This document shows, in pieces, positions 8,369-18,641 of a stretch of DNA of 64,000 bases (positions within the stretch are counted from its first letter, which is position 1; each line of letters starts with the position of its first letter). This DNA is from a virus, in IMG/VR virus record IMGVR_UViG_3300032236_001232, positions 99,948 through 163,947 of that record; one strand, written 5' to 3'. Below the pieces are notes generated by a model that saw only the letters and a list, made by a program, of their open reading frames with translations, was not told the DNA's origin and searched no databases. Made by a program: the position numbers and the translations under genes.

Positions 8369-8666
8369 TTTTTCTTCCTTTTGGTCTTCCGCCAGGCTTA
8401 ATCCTGGGTTTTGCTTTTGCTCTCAATTCTTTGAGACGTTGTCTTTGAGCCTTGGTGTTTTCTTGATTTTCTTTAAAGCACTCTAATGCCAATTGAGCCA
8501 TTTCTCTTTCAAGTTTGATCATTGAATATAAACTGGTTCTAACTTGAGCAGTAGAATCTTTACCTCGATTCTCCATAAACACGCTATGATAGTTATGCAA
8601 AGTTACAAAGTGCTTTACATATTCTGAATACAGCACTCTATAACGATCAATTTTTTCAGTTAACAT
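8352..8666 (-). CDS. Hypothetical helical basic protein (possibly divergent Hc1-like)
   Basis: Overlaps both neighbours (translational coupling); K/R-rich C-terminus. Confidence 0.5.
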   Translation of the reverse strand: MLTEKIDRYRVLYSEYVKHFVTLHNYHSVFMENRGKDSTAQVRTSLYSMIKLEREMAQLALECFKENQENTKAQRQRLKELRAKAKPRIKPGGRPKGRKNGIDS

Positions 8667-10443
8667 AATCTAAACTGTTAGAATACGAAGTGAACCCATT
8701 CTCTTTGATAACCCTAAGCACGTTATTCACACGCCCGATCAATTCATCCTTATGACTGATTAAGTATATATTCTTATTTCGTTCTCTGGCCATCTTTTTT
8801 AGAACCGCTAGGGCACTTTCTACCCCTGCTGAGTCCATGCCCGCATCGACTAACTCGTCGATAAACAGTAGATTGATATGTTGATACAGTCCTTCCCATA
8901 CATCACGGAAGGCAAAACTCATGCTGAGAATCAATCTATTGCGTTCTCCGCGTGACAAATTGTCAAAATCTAAGTCTTGTCCTAACTGTGTAATCTCCAC
9001 TGTAAGGTCATTTTGAAACACAACAGTATGTGGTAATCCAAGTTTGTCAATATAATAACTTAATCGCTTGTTGAGATAGGACAAATTCTGATCAATAATA
9101 CGTTTTCTAATAAAACTATCTTTATTGGTCAACAGTTTATGTAAGAATTCTTGATGATCCTTTAATCGAGTAAGATCATTAATGGTGTCCCAGGATATTT
9201 CTTGGATAGCGGTATTCTTTAATTCTTCAATTTGTTCATCAAAGGGATTTAATTCCAATACCTTGCTCTCTAGTGACTTGGTTAATTGATCTAAATTATT
9301 CTTATGCCCTAGTGCTTCCGCCTCTGTATCGTAGAAAGGTTCTGGTCTGCGCCCTTGTTCGCCTATGTCTGAAAGCTCTTGCAGCACATTATCATAGTTG
9401 GTCTGACAAGTATCGAGATATACAACAGCATCTTCTAAATTCTTAGTTGCCGTTGTGGTCATTTCTTCATGTTTGTGATCATGAATATTCTGTTCACAAG
9501 CAGGACATTTTTTATCCAGTAGTGATTCCAATGCCTTACGATACCGTTCAACGGCTTTTTCGGCCTGTGTCACTGCTGTTTCATATGTGGCTTTTTGTTT
9601 ATTTAGATCTCTAATCCTGTTAGAGTTTTCTAGCCACTGCTTTAGTGTAGCATGAAGCAGTAGTTCGGCATCAATATCTACCGATTCAAGACTGACAATA
9701 GCAGCACCTAGTTTTTCAATCTCTTCATTCTTCTTTTTATTCCATGCTGCGCTCTTAATGCCTAAACTGTCAATGCTTTTTTGAACGTTTTCGTTGGCAG
9801 ATTTAATTGCTTCAATACGAAATTGTTCGGAACTGATTAAATCTTTAGTTTCTTTGACACGAGTTTTTAGTAGTTCGGCCTTTTCACTGAGCAGTGTAAT
9901 GCCCAACAATTGTTCAATTACTTCACGTTGATCAGCAGCCCGCATGGCCAAGAAAGGTTCTGTATAGGTATTCAGAGCAACTAGATGTTTGAACATGGTA
10001 TGAGTCATGTCCAACATCTGTTCAATAGACTTTTGTGTTTCTCTGCTGTCACCTTGGCTTTCGTCCTCGCCTTGATTATCCATACTGATCTCTCGATCAT
10101 CTACATACAATCTCAGCAAATTGGGTTTGCGTCCTCGTTCAATACGATAGTTTAGCCCATTCTTTTCGAACTCCACAGTGATCAACATGTTCTTACCGTT
10201 GATCTTGTTGATTAAGTTTTCTTTACGGATGTTGGTCAGTGCTTGTCCGTATAGGGCATAGCTGAGAGCATTGATAATTGTAGTCTTACCGGTGCCGTTG
10301 CGTGATCCAGTATCGTCGCCACCTAGGTCTAGGTTGCTGCCTAGCACCAATGTAAGAGATTCTTGGTCAAAATTTACTGCCTGGGTTTGATTACCCACGC
10401 TCATAAAATTCTTTACGGTTAAGTTTTTAATGCGGAATGTCAT
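8656..10443 (-). CDS. gp46: Recombination endonuclease ATPase subunit (gp46, SbcC/Rad50-like)
   Basis: KNFMSVGN, Walker A NGTGKTT, zinc hook CPAC, signature LSRGE, Walker B LFIDE, ISH. Confidence 0.95.
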   Translation of the reverse strand: MTFRIKNLTVKNFMSVGNQTQAVNFDQESLTLVLGSNLDLGGDDTGSRNGTGKTTIINALSYALYGQALTNIRKENLINKINGKNMLITVEFEKNGLNYRIERGRKPNLLRLYVDDREISMDNQGEDESQGDSRETQKSIEQMLDMTHTMFKHLVALNTYTEPFLAMRAADQREVIEQLLGITLLSEKAELLKTRVKETKDLISSEQFRIEAIKSANENVQKSIDSLGIKSAAWNKKKNEEIEKLGAAIVSLESVDIDAELLLHATLKQWLENSNRIRDLNKQKATYETAVTQAEKAVERYRKALESLLDKKCPACEQNIHDHKHEEMTTTATKNLEDAVVYLDTCQTNYDNVLQELSDIGEQGRRPEPFYDTEAEALGHKNNLDQLTKSLESKVLELNPFDEQIEELKNTAIQEISWDTINDLTRLKDHQEFLHKLLTNKDSFIRKRIIDQNLSYLNKRLSYYIDKLGLPHTVVFQNDLTVEITQLGQDLDFDNLSRGERNRLILSMSFAFRDVWEGLYQHINLLFIDELVDAGMDSAGVESALAVLKKMARERNKNIYLISHKDELIGRVNNVLRVIKENGFTSYSNSLDYVN

Positions 10444-11453
10444 AGATCGTTGTAGATATCCATTAGGATTTTTTTATCAAATTGGCCGCTGTCGATATTG
10501 ACCAGTTGTTCGGCAACAATAGTGTCAATACTTTCAAATTTAGTGTCGGGCGTGTCTTCGTAACTGCCTTCTAAGTTGCTTTTATCTTGGACCAGACCAA
10601 TTTCTCTGATGTCATAGTCTTTAATAAAGGTTTCTTTGATGTAGTTGGCTTCTTCAAAACTGATATCAATGTCGAGATTAACACGCAGATACATTTTGCT
10701 CAGCATGATCTCATCCTTGCGATCAATTAGTTCGCTAAGTTTGATAGTTCTAAACTTAGGAGCGTCAGGCCAGTTTTTGTATTCTGGCTGCCCACCCCAC
10801 TCTATCATCATCATGCCGCGTTCATCATCCCACGCATCGGAGAAGTTATGTGGGAAAGCATTACCAATATATACAACATTTTGATTAGTTTGGCGTTTGT
10901 GGAAATGGCCACTGAACACATATTCTGGCCCGACAAAGTCTTCTGCCCGTAGTTCGCCATGATCCGGCATTTGCACCATGGCATTCATAAAGAACTTGGG
11001 CAGTTCAAAGTGTCCAAACACATAGCGGCTTTTGATGTTGCGCATGGTTTTCCACTCATCACCCACTAGCCAAGGCACTAGAGTAACTTCATCTAGTGTG
11101 GTAACACCTTCAACTACAGTTACTCCGGGGATGTGTCTGCCAAAAATACTGCTGTGAATGTCTCGTTTGTCTTTATAGAACAGGTCGTGATTGCCTGGGA
11201 ACCAGAAAAACTGTTTAAAGGCAGCACCCAGTTTCTCTAAACACCTAATACTGGTGTCTAGAGTGTATAGGTTCATGCTGTTTCTGTTGTGCGACCAATC
11301 ACCGAGAAAGATTGCAGTTTCGCAACCTGCAGATTGAGCCTCTGCAATAAACCAGTCTACAAAATCTTCACAATCCTGTAGATGAATTACGCTATTGGAC
11401 TTGGCGCCCACATGAAGATCTGTCATACAGGCAACTTTCTTAAACAGTCCCAT
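10440..11453 (-). CDS. gp47: Recombination endonuclease nuclease subunit (gp47, SbcD/Mre11-like)
   Basis: Metallophosphoesterase motifs TDLHVG, LGDW, GNHD, GHFE, SGHFH. Confidence 0.95.
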   Translation of the reverse strand: MGLFKKVACMTDLHVGAKSNSVIHLQDCEDFVDWFIAEAQSAGCETAIFLGDWSHNRNSMNLYTLDTSIRCLEKLGAAFKQFFWFPGNHDLFYKDKRDIHSSIFGRHIPGVTVVEGVTTLDEVTLVPWLVGDEWKTMRNIKSRYVFGHFELPKFFMNAMVQMPDHGELRAEDFVGPEYVFSGHFHKRQTNQNVVYIGNAFPHNFSDAWDDERGMMMIEWGGQPEYKNWPDAPKFRTIKLSELIDRKDEIMLSKMYLRVNLDIDISFEEANYIKETFIKDYDIREIGLVQDKSNLEGSYEDTPDTKFESIDTIVAEQLVNIDSGQFDKKILMDIYNDL

Positions 11454-12214
11454 TATACTTCCTTGGCTTTATATCCATTATAAAATTCTCCCTTGTTTGA
11501 CTTTTCTAAAACTGTTTTAGCCCACTGGCCTGTCTGTCTGTAAAATTCGGCTTTGCTGGTAAAGTATAACACTTTACCATCCTCAGTTTCAACCTCTAAT
11601 TTCTTCGAAACTTTTGCAGATCCCTTTGCTCCATTTTCCTTTGCAATTTTTCTGTGTTTTTCTTTATTATTATTTTGCCATTCAAGTAATTTACTAATTT
11701 TGTATTCTTTTGCTCCGGGAACAGATTTGTAATATTCTTTTAATGATGATGCTCTTCGAGCATTTACCTCGGGTGTAAATGCAGGTTTAAGCATCTCTTT
11801 TCTTTGTTCAGGAGTAGTATTAGCCCATTTTACTTTATTATATTCTGTAAAATGTTTTCCTAATGTTGATTTTATTGCAAGTATTTCTTCTTCAGTGAGA
11901 TTGATCCACCCATTGTGACCTAACCCATCACCGCCTCTACTAGAGTTTAATCCATTTTTATAAGAATCATGCAATTCAATATGTTTTATTTCTGCTATTG
12001 CTAACGATCCTAAAGATGTAAATCCTCGTTCAATAACTTCATATAAACAATTTTCAATACCATGTTGCTTCATGGCTACATGAATTTTTCTTTTAGTTTC
12101 TTTTTTAGCAGATCGGCAATGATCTTTCCATCTTGATTTCTTATATTCGAGTTCGGTGTCCATTCCAATATAGACTTGATTTAATGGAACAACTGTAATT
12201 TTGTATATAAACAT
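11453..12214 (-). CDS. Free-standing GIY-YIG homing endonuclease (Seg-like)
   Basis: N-terminal FIYKIT..VYIG, RW..H, E..I, GLN...GG; basic C-terminal DNA-binding region; own TATAAATA upstream. Confidence 0.8.
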   Translation of the reverse strand: MFIYKITVVPLNQVYIGMDTELEYKKSRWKDHCRSAKKETKRKIHVAMKQHGIENCLYEVIERGFTSLGSLAIAEIKHIELHDSYKNGLNSSRGGDGLGHNGWINLTEEEILAIKSTLGKHFTEYNKVKWANTTPEQRKEMLKPAFTPEVNARRASSLKEYYKSVPGAKEYKISKLLEWQNNNKEKHRKIAKENGAKGSAKVSKKLEVETEDGKVLYFTSKAEFYRQTGQWAKTVLEKSNKGEFYNGYKAKEV

Positions 12215-12239
12215 ATTTTTGATCCTAAATGTAAATTAT

Positions 12240-12247
12240 TATTTATA
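12240..12247 (-). promoter_or_regulatory. Late promoter TATAAATA
   Basis: Exact T4 late consensus about 26 nt upstream of the homing endonuclease start. Confidence 0.7.
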
Positions 12248-12268
12248 CATGTAGGATCAAAATCAACA

Positions 12269-13177
12269 TTATACTTCTTCTTCTGGCAATTCTTCTTCGA
12301 TGCTGTCGTCTCTCTTAGGTTGCCTGATGTTTTTATACAGTTCAGCTTGACGAGCAGTTTCCTCTGCATATTCATGTGCGTGTTGTCTAGTAGAACTTGG
12401 AGTTAGTCCATTTTCTTCCAGCATATCATCGCGAATATTTTGATTCTTTTTCTCGATATTCAGCACACGAGTAAAAGAATTAGTTACCGCGGCAGTGTAG
12501 TAGGCAAATGGGTTTTCGCTTTTACTCTCATCAAACTGTAGACCAATTTGACTTAATTGTAGAATGGCTTGTCCACGCATTTCGTCAATGTAAGTATATC
12601 CACGCCAGTTGCTGCGTTGGGCATAGCGTTCGCTTAGTTTAATATACATGCGTCCCAGACCTTCTGTGATACGACCATGGTCTTTATTAAAATTACCTGT
12701 ATCAACTGGGCCCTTCCAGTGGCTCTTTCCTACACAGATCAGTTGATCTTGGTCGTCGTATTTCCAATGTTGGAATGGAGGGAAGTTTACTTTTTCGTGA
12801 CCATCGGCTGTGGTTTTGGTAGTTTTCTTTCTACCCGGGCTTAATGGGATATGATCAAAAGTCATTATGCGAATAACAAGATCAATTTTGTCAATGGTAT
12901 TAGGATCCTTTACACATTCTGCCAGTTTAATTTTCTTATCACCGGCGGCTCTTGCTAAGTTAAATGCTTCTAATCCTAATCTTTTAGCACGATTCTTTTT
13001 GGCTTCGTCGATTACAGACTGGTCAATGCTGGACAGGTTAGAAACGATAACGTCGTATTGATGGTATTCTGGTTTAGCAAAGCTAGAGTAAGAACATTTA
13101 CTTTTGTGAATTTCTATCAGTAAGTCTCGATTATTTAGATATTTTACCTTGCGTCCAGTGGTTGCGTCAATCGTCAT
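12269..13177 (-). CDS. gp55: Late-transcription sigma factor (T4 gp55-like)
   Basis: YLNNRDLL N-terminus; KLSERYAQRSNWRGYTYIDEM, FDESKSENPFAYYT, NSF.R.L..EKK; upstream of gp47/46 as in T4. Confidence 0.9.
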   Translation of the reverse strand: MTIDATTGRKVKYLNNRDLLIEIHKSKCSYSSFAKPEYHQYDVIVSNLSSIDQSVIDEAKKNRAKRLGLEAFNLARAAGDKKIKLAECVKDPNTIDKIDLVIRIMTFDHIPLSPGRKKTTKTTADGHEKVNFPPFQHWKYDDQDQLICVGKSHWKGPVDTGNFNKDHGRITEGLGRMYIKLSERYAQRSNWRGYTYIDEMRGQAILQLSQIGLQFDESKSENPFAYYTAAVTNSFTRVLNIEKKNQNIRDDMLEENGLTPSSTRQHAHEYAEETARQAELYKNIRQPKRDDSIEEELPEEEV

Positions 13178-13202
13178 ATTTTTTATATTTTCCTTGTGAT
13201 TT

Positions 13203-13231
13203 ATAATAGCACAGCAATGTGTTTATGTCAA
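13203..13231 (-). promoter_or_regulatory. Sigma70-type promoter for gp55 operon
   Basis: TTGACA-17 bp-TATTAT. Confidence 0.75.
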
Positions 13232-13292
13232 TACCACGGGTTATTAAGTTAGCAGTTTATTTAACGGTAAATACACAGTAAAGGAGTGGTTT

Positions 13293-14078
13293 ATGGCTAC
13301 CGGTGATGAAATTGTAGGTGTTATTGACAAGTTTGGAGGACGGGCCTTAGGTGATGCTGCCAGGAATGTTCAAGGGCTTACTCGCAGTGCTCAAGCATTG
13401 GTCAATAAAGTCAAAGGCATAGGTTTACCAACTGCTAAAGTTAACGTCACGGGTGTGTCTGGAAAAGCACTAGGTGCAGACATGCGGGTAAGGATTAAAG
13501 TTCCTGCTGATTATCTAGATTATGTTGGTGTAGGTGGGTTAGTAGATCCTTCTTTCTCTTTATATAATGTAGGCGGAATAATTTTTCCATATACTCCGCA
13601 GATTTCGTATGACAATAAAGCAGATTATGCGGCAGTGACTCCTACACACAGTAATTATACACAGTATTTTTATAAAAACAGTTCTGTAACTGATATCAAT
13701 ATCATAGGAAAGTTTACAGTTCAAAATGAAACAGATGCTTATATATTATTATCAACAATACATTTATTAAAAGCACTAACTAAAATGAGAGCAGGTGGGG
13801 AGGATAATAGCGGAGCACCTCCTCCTGTATGTAGATTATATGCTTATGGTCAGCAAATGCTTGATGAAACTCCTGTAGTTATTAAATCTTTTAGAATAGA
13901 ATTGCCAGATGGTGTGGATTATTTTACAGTGAATAAATCGGGTTCATCTAACAAAGCATCTGTGCCTACTTCTTGCACTATTACATTAAATTGTGCCGTG
14001 GTATATAGTAGGAATGAAATTAAAAACTTTACAGTTCAAAATTGGTTAGCAACTGGAAGGACTAAAGGATATCTATAA
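13293..14078 (+). CDS. Baseplate/tail-tube initiator-like protein (gp48/gp54-type)
   Basis: IFPYTPQI, GAPPPV.RL.AYG and PVVI.SF motifs common to tube-fold baseplate proteins; first gene of the tail module. Confidence 0.6.
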   Translation: MATGDEIVGVIDKFGGRALGDAARNVQGLTRSAQALVNKVKGIGLPTAKVNVTGVSGKALGADMRVRIKVPADYLDYVGVGGLVDPSFSLYNVGGIIFPYTPQISYDNKADYAAVTPTHSNYTQYFYKNSSVTDINIIGKFTVQNETDAYILLSTIHLLKALTKMRAGGEDNSGAPPPVCRLYAYGQQMLDETPVVIKSFRIELPDGVDYFTVNKSGSSNKASVPTSCTITLNCAVVYSRNEIKNFTVQNWLATGRTKGYL

Positions 14079-14377
14079 TGGCACTATACGATAACAACAG
14101 CCCTTATGCTAAGACAGATTATTCATTAGGATATTTGGATGTTCAAGTATTTCGAGATATTCCACAATCTGTCGATGATGTGCTATTCACAGTGGGCAAA
14201 GAATATGAGAATCGTCCGGACCTGTTGGCATATGATCTGTATCAAACACCTAGCCTCTGGTGGGTATTTGGTGTGAGGAATAAAGACATACTTCGAGATC
14301 CTGTTTTTGATCTAGTAGCCGGAGTAAAAATTTATGTTCCTACTCAGGCTACTTTAACATCTGCCTTGGGAAATTAA
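14078..14377 (+). CDS. gp53: Baseplate wedge protein (gp53-like, LysM-like)
   Basis: RPDLLAYDLY...LWWVF...N...DP.FD...G..IY.P. Confidence 0.85.
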   Translation: MALYDNNSPYAKTDYSLGYLDVQVFRDIPQSVDDVLFTVGKEYENRPDLLAYDLYQTPSLWWVFGVRNKDILRDPVFDLVAGVKIYVPTQATLTSALGN

Positions 14378-14378
14378 A

Positions 14379-16610
14379 GTGGGATTTAATACAGTAAGAG
14401 GTGGGCATGGTGACACACTAATCCCTTCAATTGGTATAACAAAAACCCCCGAGGTTAGTAGAGATACGCCTGCTGTAGTTAAACCTGTTTCTAATATTTT
14501 AAACATTGAATCTTCGGGAAATACCAATGTTTTAAACAGTTACAGATCCTACACTTATAACTTTACCTTGTCTGCTGTTAGTATTAAAAAGGCTAACGAT
14601 CCTGAAAATTATAGAAAAAGTTCTCAAGATTTTGTAATTTTAAAATCGGGAGGAAAAGGATCTCAGGGATTAACCGGAGATGTAACAGGCTCCCCGATGT
14701 ATCGGACAGACACATCAATATCAACTGAAACCAGCGATGGCGATGGGTTCAAAGTTAGAAACAAAACCACTAAAGTTCTTACAGGGTTTGATCGACAATC
14801 GGCTCAAAAGTTAGTTCAAGAATTTAACAAAAAAAGCCCCGGTCGATTTGACATGTATATTGATAATGTTGAAATAACAACTATTATGGCACCTAACAAG
14901 GCTGGCGGTCTTACACTACCTACTAACGTATCTTTCGATGTCTTTGAGCCATATAGTATTAATGGATTTATTGAAGCATTACAAGTATCGGCACAGGCCG
15001 CAGGATACGACGTTTATTCTAATGCCAGTTTTTTATTGAAGATTGATTTTATAGGTTATAAAGACGATGTAGATCTTCCTAAACCTGAATCTATTCCTAA
15101 TACATCCCGATATTTTTTAATTCGATTTACAGGAATGAGTATAGAAGTAACAGAAAACGGGACAAAATATTCATGCACCGCCGTGCCATTTGCCGATAAG
15201 GGATTTGGCGAGGAAGGTAAGATTCAATCTTCGGCATCGATGACAGGATCTAAGGTCGGCAGTGCATTAAAAAATTTAATGGAAATTTTAAGTAACAGAA
15301 TTAATACCAGTGAAGCTACCAATAAGGATGACACTGAGTCGGATTCATATGAAATAAAATTTCCTAAATGGAACGCTGGTAGTGGATGGGATCTAAAAAG
15401 TGAAGAAGAAAACGAAATTGCTGGATTTGACATATCGTATGGACATAAAGGCGGTGATCTGGTTAGATTTATTCGGCACGATGCCGTTAGCACCACCACA
15501 TCAATAGCCGAAGCGTTAGGGACAACATCTACCGCTCCTACGATACAGTTTAAAGAAGGTGATAATATTCATGATATTATTACAGCCACTATAAGAGATA
15601 GTGCGTATGTCAGAACAAAATTAGATACCATAGGGCAAACTGGAAACCCTGATAGTTATGGCAGAGTTAAATATTTTCTTATCAGGCTACATGTTGAAAA
15701 TAAAGAAAAAATTAATTCGCCAAAGGGAAGACCTTATCAAAAATTCACTTATATAGTTACGGAACATTACGTTCATTATACTTTTATTCCTACATACGGA
15801 AATAGTCAAAATATAGATAAATCTAAATTAAAAACACTGGTATTAAGAGACTACAATTATATCTATACAGGAAAGAATGTAGATATAACTTCTTTCAAAT
15901 TGGATTACAATTATCTATATTTTGAAGCTATTCCTAAAGCATTAGGAAGAAATAACGATTCGAGCTTGGCCAATGCAACTAGTAAAAGCAACGCCAAGGA
16001 AGAGATCAGGACAATTCCGATAGATACTGAAGCCGGTCGAGCAGAAACCGCTTCAAATTCGGAAAGAAATAAAGTTCAGGTTGGAAATGAAATAACTGGT
16101 AATCAGCCCAACTCCGACCCATACACTGCTATGGCAAAAAATATGCACTTAGCCTTGGTAAATTCTGTCAGTAGAGTATCTGGGGATTTAGAAATTATTG
16201 GAGATCCTTTTTACCTTGTCACTGGGGGTATTGGAAATTATAATCCCAAGCCGAGTGAAACTCAACAGGGTGTTACCAAGGATAACGAAGCCGACAGGTT
16301 TTATGGTCAGTTATTAGTATCATTGACATTTAAAAATCCGATTGATATTGATGAAAGAACTGGTTCCCTTAAATTTGAACCAAGTTCGGCAGATGCCAGT
16401 GGAGTTTTTATGGTAACAGAAGCTACTAGTTCATTTAGAGAAGGATTATTCAAACAAAAATTAAAAATTATAAGGGTTCCTGGGCAATTGCCGGATGGAA
16501 ATAAAATTACCAATCCTGCAGATTCTAATATCACTGATCAAGATCCTTCTAAACAGGCAGCTCCTGTTGCTGATGTTAAGATAAATCCTTTCGGGGTGGC
16601 AGCAATTTAA
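14379..16610 (+). CDS. Baseplate hub protein (gp27-like)
   Basis: Position before gp5; C-terminal LEIIGDPF and G.F.V....SF.EGLFKQKL hub motifs; YNYIYTGKNVDI. Confidence 0.6.
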   Translation: MGFNTVRGGHGDTLIPSIGITKTPEVSRDTPAVVKPVSNILNIESSGNTNVLNSYRSYTYNFTLSAVSIKKANDPENYRKSSQDFVILKSGGKGSQGLTGDVTGSPMYRTDTSISTETSDGDGFKVRNKTTKVLTGFDRQSAQKLVQEFNKKSPGRFDMYIDNVEITTIMAPNKAGGLTLPTNVSFDVFEPYSINGFIEALQVSAQAAGYDVYSNASFLLKIDFIGYKDDVDLPKPESIPNTSRYFLIRFTGMSIEVTENGTKYSCTAVPFADKGFGEEGKIQSSASMTGSKVGSALKNLMEILSNRINTSEATNKDDTESDSYEIKFPKWNAGSGWDLKSEEENEIAGFDISYGHKGGDLVRFIRHDAVSTTTSIAEALGTTSTAPTIQFKEGDNIHDIITATIRDSAYVRTKLDTIGQTGNPDSYGRVKYFLIRLHVENKEKINSPKGRPYQKFTYIVTEHYVHYTFIPTYGNSQNIDKSKLKTLVLRDYNYIYTGKNVDITSFKLDYNYLYFEAIPKALGRNNDSSLANATSKSNAKEEIRTIPIDTEAGRAETASNSERNKVQVGNEITGNQPNSDPYTAMAKNMHLALVNSVSRVSGDLEIIGDPFYLVTGGIGNYNPKPSETQQGVTKDNEADRFYGQLLVSLTFKNPIDIDERTGSLKFEPSSADASGVFMVTEATSSFREGLFKQKLKIIRVPGQLPDGNKITNPADSNITDQDPSKQAAPVADVKINPFGVAAI

Positions 16611-16614
16611 TATT

Positions 16615-18147
16615 ATGGATTTTGTAGATACCAGAACTAGATCAAAATTAGGATCACCAGGTCCCTTTATTGGTATAATAACCAATAACTTAGATCCCAC
16701 CTTTATGGGCAGATTAGAAGTGGCGTTGATTAAAGGATTATACCCTGATCCGACCGAACAAGCAAACACTTATATTGTAAAATATCTCAGCCCATTCTAT
16801 GGAGCAACCTCGGACAAGTATCAAGGTCCTAATGGTGCAGATTTCAAAGATGTTCAAAAAAGCTATGGTATGTGGATGGTTCCGCCTGATATAGGAACTA
16901 GGGTATTGGTTATATTCATTGACGGAGATACTAACCAGGGATATTGGATTGGTTGCGTTATGGATCAATTTCAAAATCACATGGTTCCGGGTATTGCTGC
17001 CAGCGATACTGCGTTTACATCAGAAGAACAAAAAAGACAATATACAGATGGTCCATTACCTGTTGGCGAATTTCTTAAATCTACACAGATTGAAAATGCC
17101 GGACCTAATGTTAATAAGTTTAAAAAACCACTACATCCTTTTGCTGAACGACTTAGGGACCAGGGATTGCTAGCAGATGATATTAGAGGAATAACATCTA
17201 GTTCAGCAAGGCGTGAAGCACCTAGTAAAGTATTTGGTATCAGCACACCTGGCCCGCTTGACCCTAATGGTAAAAAGGCTGATGTTGGTTATAAAGGGCA
17301 CAGCAAGCTTCAACCAGTTAGTCGACTCGGTGGGACTACCTTTGTCATGGATGACGGCGACGAAAAAGGTGACAATGAGTTGATGAGGATTCGAACTAGA
17401 ACTGGTCATCAAATACTATTTCATAATACACACGATTTAATTTACATTGCCAATAGTCGAGGAACAGCTTGGATAGAATTAACCAGCGACGGTAAGATTG
17501 ATATATACTCTCGAGACTCTATCAGCATACATTCTGAAGCAGATTTTAATTTCAGAGCCGACCGAGATATTAATTTAGAAGCAGGAAGAAATATCAACAT
17601 ACACTCAGTTGGGGATTTCAATATCAATACTGATAACAATCATAATGTTATAGTAGGAGTTGATGGTAAAATTCAATTCAAAGGCAATTTAGACCAATCA
17701 GTAACCGGCAGCACAAAAATAAAATCTGATGCTGGGTTTGATCTCAAAGTAGTAGGAGACATTAAACAAACCGCCTCTGGTAATTTTAATATTGCAGCCG
17801 GAGGAAATAATAATTTTTCAGCCAATGGTAATACTAATATTTCTACACAGGGTCAACATTTAGAATCTGCCAAAGCAATTCATATGAATGGTCCTACGGC
17901 AGCCACAGCTTCTCCTGCCGCATCGGCTACAACACCAACTTCTTTAGACAAATACAGTTTGCCAAATACAGATCCTTCTGTGGGGTGGGCAGGAAAGCAT
18001 TATACAACCACAAACATGGTCAGTATTATGCAACGTGTTCCGGTGCATGAACCTTGGATACAACACGAAAATAACACAAATAGGGTTAAGGTTAACTCCA
18101 CTGCCACTGATGTGTTAACAGGAACAGCGAACAAAAAAGCTGAATAA
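16615..18147 (+). CDS. gp5: Baseplate central spike (gp5-like; OB fold plus beta-helix)
   Basis: DPTFMGRLEV, SYGMWMVPPDIGTRVLVIF, GYWIG, RIRTRTGHQI, repetitive beta-strand C-terminus. Confidence 0.85.
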   Translation: MDFVDTRTRSKLGSPGPFIGIITNNLDPTFMGRLEVALIKGLYPDPTEQANTYIVKYLSPFYGATSDKYQGPNGADFKDVQKSYGMWMVPPDIGTRVLVIFIDGDTNQGYWIGCVMDQFQNHMVPGIAASDTAFTSEEQKRQYTDGPLPVGEFLKSTQIENAGPNVNKFKKPLHPFAERLRDQGLLADDIRGITSSSARREAPSKVFGISTPGPLDPNGKKADVGYKGHSKLQPVSRLGGTTFVMDDGDEKGDNELMRIRTRTGHQILFHNTHDLIYIANSRGTAWIELTSDGKIDIYSRDSISIHSEADFNFRADRDINLEAGRNINIHSVGDFNINTDNNHNVIVGVDGKIQFKGNLDQSVTGSTKIKSDAGFDLKVVGDIKQTASGNFNIAAGGNNNFSANGNTNISTQGQHLESAKAIHMNGPTAATASPAASATTPTSLDKYSLPNTDPSVGWAGKHYTTTNMVSIMQRVPVHEPWIQHENNTNRVKVNSTATDVLTGTANKKAE

Positions 18148-18155
18148 ATATCATC

Positions 18156-18593
18156 ATGTCATACAAAACATTAGTAATTACTACTCAAGATTCTATATAT
18201 CAGCAGGCTGCAAAACAGGATCATTTTTACAAAGGATTCAGCACAGTCGATCCTACCAATAAGGGTAATAATCTCTATGACATTGATTTAATTAAACAAG
18301 ATATTATAAATCACTTCAACACCAAGCGTGGTGAAAGGGTAATGAATCCTGCGTTCGGTAGCATTATTTGGGACCTGATCATGGAACCGTTAACAGACGA
18401 AACGACAGATCTTCTCAAAAATGATATTAAAACTATCTGCACAGCAGATCCTAGGGCAATTCCTTTACAAATGGATTTAACAGAATATCAGGATGGGTAT
18501 CTATTAGAATTAACATTACAGATAGTAGGAACCGATCAATCTGCCAGTATGAGGGTATCATTTAATAGAGAAACCGGGATAGCCGTCCAATAA
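18156..18593 (+). CDS. gp25: Baseplate wedge/sheath initiator (gp25-like)
   Basis: IKQDIINHFNTKRGERVMNPAFGS.IWD...EP, DPR; AATAAATA upstream at 18143-18150. Confidence 0.9.
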   Translation: MSYKTLVITTQDSIYQQAAKQDHFYKGFSTVDPTNKGNNLYDIDLIKQDIINHFNTKRGERVMNPAFGSIIWDLIMEPLTDETTDLLKNDIKTICTADPRAIPLQMDLTEYQDGYLLELTLQIVGTDQSASMRVSFNRETGIAVQ

Positions 18594-18641
18594 TATATTC
18601 AGTTTATTACATCAATAAATACGATATCTACTATTAAAACC

